DNA of 32,690 bases from Neolecta irregularis DAH-3 (lineage: Eukaryota): contig LXFE01001385.1 of the NCBI GenBank assembly GCA_001929475.1, positions 1 to 32,690 of the forward strand, read 5' to 3'. How positions within the stretch are numbered: the first letter of the stretch is position 1; every line of letters begins with the position of its first letter. The position numbers and the translations under genes are program-made. Positions 24,032 through 32,690 of this stretch are shown one piece after another. The notes under the pieces are model-generated. The model searched no databases. It saw only the letters and a list, made by a program, of their open reading frames with translations, and was not told where the DNA came from.

Positions 24032-24360
24032 CAGTGTGTCCAACCGCCCGCCGAAGAGATCTGAACCAAATATTTCCCACGTGAAACTCAATATTGTTAA
24101 CAGTGTAGAACGCACTGTTAACAATATATATCTTCATATCGGTCTACAAAACGGAGTTTATCAATGAAGTTGTATTAGAATAGCTGAATATGTGACAAAT
24201 ATTTGAAATATGAATAATAAAATCATTATTGGGGGTGCGTGTAATAGTAAGATAGCTACCATCGGGTGGCACCCGGTGGTTCTGTTTTCAACCCACCAGC
24301 AGGTGCTTACCCACCCACCCAAGTGGGTGGGTGGGGTCGGTCGGGTGGTTCGTCACACTG
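24032..24360. mobile_element. MITE-like element with imperfect terminal inverted repeats
   Basis: Left end cagtgtgtccaaccgcccg versus reverse complement of right end cagtgtgacgaaccacccg (16/19 identical); internal palindromes; no TSD found. Confidence 0.6.
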
Positions 24361-24363
24361 AAC

Positions 24364-25125
24364 TCAATGAAGAGAAGTAACATCATCAAACCGCTCATTC
24401 TTGACATATCCTCCCTTCATGCTACTCTTTACATTCTGCGCGAATTTTTGTCGATGCTCTCTGAGATCGTTCGCTGCGTCTAGAAAATCAGCTATCATCT
24501 GTAATGTAAAGACACCTTTATTGAGTGGGTCGTCAGGATTCGGTTCTTGAAAGAGATACTTTCCATATTAGACACCGTGAATAGAAGAATGATGTACAAG
24601 TAAGCCGATCATCACAGCGTTGATGTTTAATACGGGTTTCCAATCTTCTCGAAGGATATTTAGACATACATTTCCTTCTAAATCAATATTTGGATGATAG
24701 ATCTGACATTCAGCAAAATCCTCAAGGAAGGCTGTGCTTTTTGAGTACACCGAACTTTGGGTGGTTCATGAGGATAGTTTTGGTTAATAGCAAACGTAAA
24801 ATGAAATGTGCCACCGACATAGAAGCCTAAGGGTCAAACAGAAAAGAGAAGCACAACTACCCTCGTCTGGCGTGATATCCAATGTGAAGTTTAGCAGATC
24901 ATCAGGATTTGGGAAATGGGTTTTCATTGATGGAGGAATATGAATTTCGTTGACATCTAGCTAATAAGCCCTAGCATCTATATTTTGCTGAACCCTTTTG
25001 AAGCCGAAGTTGAGCCGCGCATATTTTAGGTTTCCTATTGGTCTCGGAATTTGCTGCATTCTTCTTCATCGACAGGATCTATGCATATAAGGAATGAGCA
25101 GAGAGGATAAGTAAACTTTAAGCAT
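24364..25125 (-). CDS. UBC12: NEDD8/Rub1-conjugating enzyme E2
   Basis: MLKI..., [55 protein letters not shown]; introns 25079-25116, 24957-24993, 24827-24860, 24703-24737 (GC-AG), 24559-24597, 24480-24515. Confidence 0.95.
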
Positions 25126-25198
25126 TTTAGGTCGAGTGGATAGTACAAGTACAGGATCTAGAGGAGTGACGTTGCCTCATCTCCAACTTTTATTCCAA

Positions 25199-26502
25199 AT
25201 GGAATACGAAGATGTACTCACAAATCAACCAGTAGTTCTTGATAACGTATCCGATCAACTCAATTAATCCAATTCTAAGAAACTAGGGAAGTGGCGTTAT
25301 CAAAGCTGGATTCGCGGGCGAAGACCAACCAAAATGCTTCTTTCCTTCATTGTACCCTTTTCTATTCAATCGATGCTCATATAAGCGTGGGTCGTCCTAA
25401 ACACGTGAGAATCATGGCTGGGGCAATTGAAGGAGACGTCTTTATTGGAAGCAAGGCCCAGGAATTACGTGGATTGTTGAAAATCAAATATCCCCTGGAA
25501 CATGGAATAGTTACAGACTGGGATGACATGGAGAGAATTTGGCAATACATATATACTGAAGAGCTAAAAACTCTGTCTGAAGAGGTATATTCCGCTGAAA
25601 CAGTATTTACCATATAGCATCCTGTATTACTAACAGAAGCACCATTAAATCCTCGTTCGAATAGGGACACAGCAACACAGATCTTCTTCGAAACATTCAA
25701 CGTGCCTGCATTATTTACATCAATCCAAGCTGTCCTTTCGCTGTATTCATCGGGCAGAACTACAGGGGTGGTGCTTGACTCAGGCGACGGCGTAACTCAT
25801 GCTGTACCCGTATTTGAGGGCTTTGCAATGCCAAATTCGATTCGAAGAATCGATGTAGCAGGCAGAGACGTGACTGAGCAATTGCAGTTACTGTTGAGAA
25901 AATCTGGAAGGACATTTCATACTTCTGCTGAACGTGAAATTGTGCGAAACGCTAAAGAAAAGTGTTGCTATGTGTCACTCGACCCTCGCCGCGAAGAAAA
26001 GGAAGGTGGGAAAATAGAGGAATTCAGGTTACCGGATGGAAATATTATCAAAGTGCGTATCTATTTGGACTATGTTTGACAGTTTAGCTAGGGACAGAAC
26101 GTTTCCGAGCTCCCGAGATCCTTTTTGACCCTGAAATTATTGGTCTGGAGTATCCGGGAATCCACCAGCTAATAATCGATTCGATAAACAGAACTGACCT
26201 CGATCTACGGAAAACTTTATACGCAAATGTCGTACTGAGTGGAGGTTCGACTATGACTAAAGGTAGGCCAACTGCATTATTCTTAGAAGCTGATGGCAGG
26301 ATTTGGCGATCGTCTCCTGAACGAAATCCGGAAGATTGCCGTCAAAGACACCAAAATCAAGATTTTTGCGCCTCCAGAACGAAAGTATTCAACATGGATT
26401 GGAGGAAGTATTCTGGCATCCCTCTCAACCTTTCGCAAAATGTGGGTTTCAGCAGAAGAATACCAAGAAGATCCAGAAGTGATTCATCGGAAATGTATTT
26501 AG
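25199..26502 (+). CDS. ARP1: Actin-related protein 1 (centractin, dynactin filament)
   Basis: [85 protein letters not shown]; introns 25247-25286, 25352-25385, 25585-25617, 26053-26087, 26263-26299. Confidence 0.95.
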
Positions 26503-26535
26503 AAACTGGAGTTTTTACAATAGATGCCACGCGAC

Positions 26536-26850
26536 TCATCTACCAGATACATTTCCTATCCCGCCGCGACCCAAGCTCTGTGGTCCGGTAACATCAATAA
26601 CTGGAGCATTATTCTTATCTGGTTGCTCTTCGGCAGGATACAAATTTCCACTTCCACCGCGACCTTTGGAAATCAATTGAGACGAGTCGGGGAGCAGTGG
26701 CGGCGTTTGCGGAGTAATTGCACCTGGTCGTTTAGTATGCAAATTACCACAACCTATATATTAATCCAGGTGCGTATTAACAGCAGGTTCACCTCCACGT
26801 CCTACGGTAAATGGTACAATATCTGTGGATAGATTTTCTTTGCTAGCCAT
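26536..26850 (-). CDS. Small GRGGxGN-repeat protein (DUF3602/Par32-like)
   Basis: Spliced (intron 26754-26792) MASKENL...VGRGGCGNL...KGRGGSGNL...LGRGGIGNV, three copies of the motif. Confidence 0.75.
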
Positions 26851-27557
26851 GATTTTGGTTGTTTGTAGATCCGTTGCCCGGGAATTGGCGCCGGCCTGGC
26901 GGGTTGGTCTCGTGAGGTCCCGTATCGGGTAGTTTGGGGTTTTATCGGTGGCTGTGACATTTTCCGACCCACTAGAATGAGTCGATTTATTTGAGACTGG
27001 CGCAGCAAATAATTGGATGCGGTGAGGTGGCGTGCTTGGTTCGAGACAAGTGTTGATCCCGTAAGACTTTGGATTCTCTCTCGAGGTGGTACGTGACGCT
27101 TTAACCTAGAACTCCTGAAGGTCCAAATATATCAAACCTTTGAGAGGTTTGGCTTTCCTGTTTTATTTTTTGGGGGGTGTCGACAAATGTTGCAGCGTTG
27201 ACCTTGCAACTACAATGGTGTTGACGGATAGACGTCTATCCAGATACCTCGGAAAAGTATTTATTGCTATAGACTATAAATTCAATGTATTAGAGTCACA
27301 AGACAAGATTCTATTATCGGAAATTATCAAGTGAGTATCGTCTGAAGCTAACTCGGTTTTGCATGCGTCTAGTTTCTGGCTACAAGTATCAGAATCCACA
27401 GTATTTAATGCTGAATTGGATCGCCTTGTATACTTGACCAAATGAGAAAATCTAGTCAATCGGCTCCGCCTGAATTCAAACATTCCACCACTCCGAGAAC
27501 AGTAAACCCACAGGCTTGAGCCACACAGACGGACTAAAAGGACCGCGAGTTTTCGAT

Positions 27558-28049
27558 ATGAGACCTTCATCAAGATCATTATCAACGGTCCGTCGATCGA
27601 CTGTCTTTCCGCATATTTACCTCCATCCACATTCATCCACCCACACAAAACTCTCTTTATGGCCATTCGAATCATCGCGGTATCTAGGGGTTTCACAGTT
27701 ATCTAATCCATTCACCCCATCCAGTTTCTCTCCAAATCCTGGATTTCTGCCGTTCGTATACAAGATATACTCACTTCACGCGCATCTGGACCCAAATCTG
27801 CGGGCGCTGGCAACGTATCGCAAAGACGGGTGGCTTAATATCGGTGACGAGCGGAATCCAGCGGTATGGGGTCGTACACCTGACATTGAGGATTTACTTG
27901 GCTGCGTACTTGTAAGGGATGGGAGGATAGTTGAGGGTTCATTTCGTGAGGGAGGGATGGTTAGGATAATTACCATGAATGGGCCAGTCAAATTTAATGA
28001 GTGGATAGCGAAACGATTGGAAGAAGCTACTCGGAATGAGTATGAATAA
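27558..28049 (+). CDS. Conserved fungal hypothetical protein, possibly mitochondrial
   Basis: Arg/Ser-rich presequence-like start MRPSSRSLSTVRRST; globular motif GWLNIGDERNPAVWGRTPDIEDLLG; intronless ORF. Confidence 0.7.
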   Translation: MRPSSRSLSTVRRSTVFPHIYLHPHSSTHTKLSLWPFESSRYLGVSQLSNPFTPSSFSPNPGFLPFVYKIYSLHAHLDPNLRALATYRKDGWLNIGDERNPAVWGRTPDIEDLLGCVLVRDGRIVEGSFREGGMVRIITMNGPVKFNEWIAKRLEEATRNEYE

Positions 28050-28909
28050 CGTAATACGTATGAAAACGCGAAACACACGTAATAACCAAGAACGAAACAA
28101 AAATGAAGAAAAAGCCCAAAGCATCCAATCCACCCTAACCATTAAACACCCATCAAACCATTAAACACCCAATCCATTTGACGGCCCAGAGAACTTACCA
28201 TACTGGTACGTATTAACAAAACACTTTCCCTGTTGCAAAACCTCTTTATTAAAATGCCTAGGCGAAACCTCCGCCAACTTGGGCCCAAGAATCTACCAAT
28301 AAGTCATTTCCGGGGGAAAAGAAAGGGTACAGGAACGTCAAGACCACATTTAACTGCATACCTCGCAAAGGAAAAAATGCATTGAATAACCTGCGCAGGA
28401 TTCTTGCGTTCATATAAATCTACCGTTTGAAATAGATCGTATTCACTTGCTTTTTAGCACGTGCATGTGTATAACAACTTACGGTACCCCGATTTCCTTT
28501 GCAAATTTGAGAAATGTGCTTATTTGTTCCATTTGAACAAAGGGCATTTTAGAAGATTTGTATTTTGTGGTAGATGGTTTTATTGCATTGATTAATCTGT
28601 AACCAAATAAGAACCAAAATATGGAAAGGGGTGTATATACTGACAAAGAACGACGCCGTCTTTCAAAGCTGCAAGAATATCCGAGTCAATTGACGAGCCA
28701 ATGACGTTTTCTATCCAATTTTTGGCCTGAGAGTGAGGTTGTTTTAAAGTAAAATGGATACTTGTGCAGCTTGGTCAGGGTCCCAGCGGTCTGCTAGACG
28801 TTTTTGGATATCACGATCAAGAGACATGGGGGTTTTGATTGTTGTGAGTAGATTGTTTGACGAGATGAGAAGCGAATCAGCCCAGGGTTTTACCAGACAC
28901 GTGAGGCAC

Positions 28910-28919
28910 NNNNNNNNNN
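28910..28919. other. Assembly gap
   Basis: Run of 10 N flanked by an identical 66-bp sequence. Confidence 0.98.
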
Positions 28920-29079
28920 AGTGAGTAGATTGTTTGACGAGATGAGAAGCGAATCAGCCCAGGGTTTTACCAGACACGTGAGGCACGATATAATAGATAC
29001 AGGAAATTAAAATATGCAACAATAAACCTGCTTAAACTCTGTAACAAAGAGATATATAAATCAAACTTGCTCTACATAA

Positions 29080-30258
29080 CTAAAAATTCCCACAAGTAGT
29101 CTCAACAATGATACTTGTAACTAGATATGGATCAATATTTGACGCAGGTCGTCTATCTTCAAAGTATCCACACTGAGCTTTAAACACAGATCGCGGGATA
29201 CGAATGCTAGCAGCACGATCAGCTACACCGTAGGAAAATCTCGATATATGATTTGTCTCGAATTTCCCAATTAGGCGGAGATCATTGTCTTCGCCGTACA
29301 CAGCAATATGTTCTAAATGGCGTTTTGCAAGTTTTGCAATGGCGGCGTTAATAGCATTTATTCCACCTGGATTTCGCATTTCTTCCGTAGAGTAATTTGT
29401 ATGACAACCGGCACCGTTCCAATCGCCGAGCATTTGCTTTGGGTGAAACGATATCTTTATACCAAATTCTTCTGCGACGCGACAGAGGAGGTATCGACTC
29501 ATCCAGAGGTGGTCACCCATTTCGATGCCGGAGCACGGGCCTACTTGGTATTCCCATTGACTAGGGGCAACTTCGGCGTTGATTCCAGAGATCATGACTC
29601 CGGCTTGAGGGTAAGAGAGATGAAATGGAAAGAGGAATACCGTAGAGACAGGCTCGATAGTGAGCTTCGACAACGTCTCTGCCGTAAACCTTGCCGGTTC
29701 CGACACCGCAGTAGTAAGGACCCTGACTGCCTGGATAGCCATTTTTTGGCCAGCCATAGGGGGAACCAGACTCATTGAGGAGGGTATACTCTTGTTCTAT
29801 GCCGAACCATGGTTTCTGGCTTGCGTATTGGGACATGACTTTGACGCAGTCATGGCGGGTGTTTGTTTTGTTTGGAGAGCCATCGCTGTTGTAGCAGTCT
29901 GCGAGGACAAGGATATTGTCGCCTCTGCGGAAAGGGTCTTTGAAGATAGCGCAGGGTCTGAGGTAAACGTCGCTGTCGCAACCAAGGGCCTGGCCGGTGG
30001 AGCTGCCATCAAAGTTCCACTCTTTGAGATCTTCGACGGACTTTGGCTTTTCGTCAAGTGTCTGAAAGATTAGACGGAATGGGAGCCGGCGGCACACCGT
30101 CGTTTTTGCGCGGACTTCGTTGAATGCATCTATCCAGACGTATTCGGCCATGACGTGGCCCTGCTGGGGCAGTTCCAGATACTTCTTGAGCTGGAGGGTG
30201 AGGGAGTATTCAGGAGAGAGATTACAGTGGATGTGTTTGAGAGGACTGGATCTGACAT
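29080..30258 (-). CDS. GLN1: Glutamine synthetase (type II)
   Basis: [70 protein letters not shown]; introns 30191-30225, 30062-30097, 29604-29640. Confidence 0.95.
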
Positions 30259-30572
30259 TGTGGATAAGGAGAAGGAGAGTGAGAAAGAGAAGGAGCGAGG
30301 GGCGGGTTTTTGAAAGAACAGGATTGTTTGACGGCCGCGTGGCGTGCATGATTCCGGGTGTTTCCGCAATCGGCACATGCAAATGAGCAGCGCATCTGAC
30401 TGCAACGGAATGCAGCATTATATATAAATATAGTTATAATTATAATTATAACAATAGAGCGAGGCATATATATGCTTCTGGGACAGAGCGCAACTGATGC
30501 TGTTATTTGCGACAACTGTGCCAAAACGGCGCTATGCTGCGCCTCTCCAACTGTTCTGTGTTTATCCGTCGC

Positions 30573-30657
30573 CAGTATGTCCAACCGGTCTGAACCGCCC
30601 GCCCGCCGGATAATTATTTGGTCTCCTGCGGGGGCGGGCAGGCGGTTGGACACACAG
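30573..30657. mobile_element. 85-bp hAT-like mini-MITE upstream of GLN1
   Basis: TIRs cagtatgtccaaccg and (reverse complement) ctgtgtgtccaaccg, matching the left end at 24032; flanks tccgtcgc / tcggccgc are a 6/8 match to an 8-bp TSD. Confidence 0.65.
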
Positions 30658-30780
30658 TCGGCCGCATGTTGATGTGCAGCAGCTGGCAGCATCTGCATGT
30701 GATTCGCTGAAAACCCGTGAATCGCCCCTCGCATCATATTTGGAGCCCGAGTTAATTATACATAGGGTTGGGTTGGGTTG

Positions 30781-30866
30781 TGTAAGCCTATACCCTCGGG
30801 TAGAGCTTACCATTACAGAAGGAAGGCTTGCAATAATATTGCGGCAATTTAATTTATTATATACAG
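30781..30866 (+). mobile_element. Truncated LTR (5' part)
   Basis: tgtaagcctataccctcgggtagagcttacc... homologous to the start of 7462-7673. Confidence 0.85.
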
Positions 30867-30872
30867 TGTTGG

Positions 30873-31017
30873 TGTAAGTGTTGAAGCTTAAGTTCGAATA
30901 AGACCAGGTTTATTATACTAGCTAGCCTAAGTGACTGAACTTGGCTAGGTAATGAGCGCCTATCTACTTTATATAACCCTAATTAAATTGCCGCAATATT
31001 ATTGCAAGCCTTCCTTC
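30873..31017 (-). mobile_element. Truncated LTR in opposite orientation
   Basis: tgtaagtgttgaagc...aagccttccttc aligns to 17486-17649 with an internal deletion. Confidence 0.88.
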
Positions 31018-31239
31018 GTCAGTCAACCATCGCCATCCTTCAAGGCTGTGCTCGCCCCTCCTCTCTCTGTGGCTGCTGTGGATTTTAAGCTACCTACCCA
31101 AAGATCAACATCCAAAGTATAAAAAGGTGCTACAGGCAGATGTTTCCAATGATGCCACTCCTTTCCCAATCTCTCTCCCTCTTCCAGTCTTTCACCTCTC
31201 ATCGCTGCTCGTTTTCTCGCCAGTAGCAGTACTGAACCT

Positions 31240-31740
31240 TGTACATTCCACCCTGGGCCGGGCTCAGCCCTATAAATACTGCTGCGCTCTTCGCCGTGCT
31301 CTTTGTCAGGCTCTACATTGTCACTGCAGTCGTTCTCGCCATTTACACAGCGTCGCAAGTGTATCTCGTCCTAAAGAACCCTGCGCTATCGCTTGGCCTC
31401 GTTCTGAGGCCAGTGAAGGAAGCGACAATGCTTGATTGGTATACTGTAAGTTTGTGAGTTTGCTCAATGTCAAGGTGGTCATTTATGGGAGCTATGGCTA
31501 TCGGTGATCTCGTGAAAAGCACGTTGGAACCCAAAGGAATGGTATTTTTACATGCTACAAGACCAGCTGATTTTGAGGATAAAATTCTGCAATTAGGTTT
31601 GAGTGGAGATATAATTAATGGTGACCAATGACGATGCTACGATCCTCAAATCAAATCCACTTGACAACACTGTTGCACGCTTCTGGCTCAACGAAAACAT
31701 CCAGTACCTACTCCTCACCCTCTTATTCTTCGACGCTGCC
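31240..31740 (+). pseudogene. Pom33/TMEM33-like relic, split by an insertion
   Basis: Hydrophobic segment ...VYLVLKNPALSLGLV joins ARFWLNENIQYLLLTLLFF (Pom33-type DENVQYL motif) once 31404-31674 is removed. Confidence 0.5.
31466..31674 (+). pseudogene. CCT2: Fragment of chaperonin CCT beta subunit N-terminus, with intron
   Basis: SFMGAMAIGDLVKSTLEPKGM|DKILQ...MVTNDDATILKSNPLDN versus consensus GDLVKSTLGPKGMDKILQ...VTNDGATILKS; intron 31542-31577; frameshift; conserved Gly residues lost. Confidence 0.88.
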
Positions 31741-32690
31741 CCCACAGGATCTCAGTTCAGGCTTGCGCCGCATCCGCCTTTCAGCGTCGAATCTTGCCGC
31801 ACTCCTCCGACTGGCATACCATGCCAAGCGCTACGATGAAAATATTGGCTGCATGAAGGTTAAACGAGTAGGGACAAAGATTTTGGACAAATCTCGATTC
31901 TCATTGGCACTGGCGCGTCAGATATAGCAAGGTAGGTAATACGCAAGCTGCAATTTCGGGTAGGTTCGCGGAGACTTTGGCTTTTCGGGAGATTCGCCTT
32001 ATTTGAGGAGGAAGGGTGGTTTTGGTTTCCTCGAGTTCATGAGGTTTGGAGAGGTGATTTTGTAGAGATTCTGAAGGTATTAAAGAAGATATATTTTGAC
32101 GATCCGAAAAGACTGGATCCAGGCCAGTATTCTCAGTGTCCTCCTATCTAGCAGAAGGCTGAAAAGAGCAGTTAAAGAGAGACAAAGATAGAAGGAAAAT
32201 ATTAGTGCAACGAAAAGAGAGAAAGAAGAAAAATGACCATTGGCCATTGGGTGATTAGTGTTACCAAACGGCCAAGGACATGGGTGAACAAGCAGCGCTC
32301 GGATGAGCCTTCTCAAACGCGACTTGCCGTTTCTCACAGACGACAGGTAGCAGAATGTTCCTTGGAAGCTGTTGTATCTAACCTATTTATTTACCATCAG
32401 TAACATTTGCTGGAGTGGCTTTCTCTTGTCTCATCCGATAATTTTACAGCTCACGACCCTCCTCTTGTCACAGCGGACATATGTCTCGCCTTTTGTCTCA
32501 ACTGAGTTTTTATTTGCACCGGCTGTTTCACATGTGAGCTCTGCTAGAAATGTCATTAAAAGGAGGGCTCGATCGCCCTTGTAGAAATACCAATAGCTAT
32601 CTCTATTCAGTCTCCACGATCCTTTGAGACTATATTTGCCAAAAACACTCAACAAAAATTCCCTTGTTCTATTGACAACTGTTCAATAAT

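Noticed and set aside
26802-27008. Longer N-terminus for the GRGGxGN protein via a GC-AG intron at 26843-26877
   Set aside because: An in-frame ATG in good context at 26850 explains the gene without it.
28844-28986. 66-bp exact direct repeat (28844-28909 and 28921-28986)
   Set aside because: It flanks the 10-N gap exactly; typical unmerged contig overlap, not biology.
29317-30073. Long antisense ORFs over GLN1, and similar ones over other genes
   Set aside because: Shadow frames of codon-biased genes with no independent motifs.
30433-30452. Perfect 20-bp AT palindrome upstream of GLN1
   Set aside because: Explained by a TATAAT-type microsatellite in a TATA-rich tract.
1-32690. CRISPR arrays, rRNA, tRNA, prokaryotic operons
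   Set aside because: No regularly spaced repeats or RNA-gene signatures seen; the sequence is intron-rich eukaryotic DNA.

Overview
Eukaryotic (fungal, ascomycete) nuclear DNA: compact, with about 45 very short spliceosomal introns, almost all 32-43 nt. The ORF track therefore breaks most genes into pieces and largely misses one. Gene content (WetA-like regulator, CnjB-type zinc knuckle protein, dynactin Arp1, complex I assembly factor) plus tiny introns suggests an early-diverging ascomycete such as Neolecta (Taphrinomycotina); this is inference only. Intact genes, left to right: Ser/Thr-rich, probably GPI-anchored surface protein (5'-partial), AFG1 ATPase, NDUFAF2/NDUFA12-family protein, small CBS-domain protein, WetA-like protein, multi-CCHC zinc knuckle protein, secreted amphipathic protein, MFS sugar-porter-like transporter, SH3-less Cyk3-like protein, UBC12, ARP1, GRGGxGN-repeat protein, conserved hypothetical protein, and a divergent glutamine synthetase. 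Degenerate zones lie between them. These hold four copies of a ~200-bp LTR (one solo LTR with a 5-bp TSD, one preceded by a chromodomain relic and a PPT), hAT-like MITE ends, strong palindromes, and intron-containing fragments of host genes (RPC1, CCT2, Pom33-like). Best leads: a GA-AG or exonised intron in a gene with one intron per knuckle, DNA-level gene-fragment mosaics, a WetA-like gene with CATTCY sites, a GS with altered conserved motifs, and two divergent gene pairs whose ATGs are each 73 bp apart. There is a 10-N gap at 28910-28919. All calls are by eye; no searches were run.
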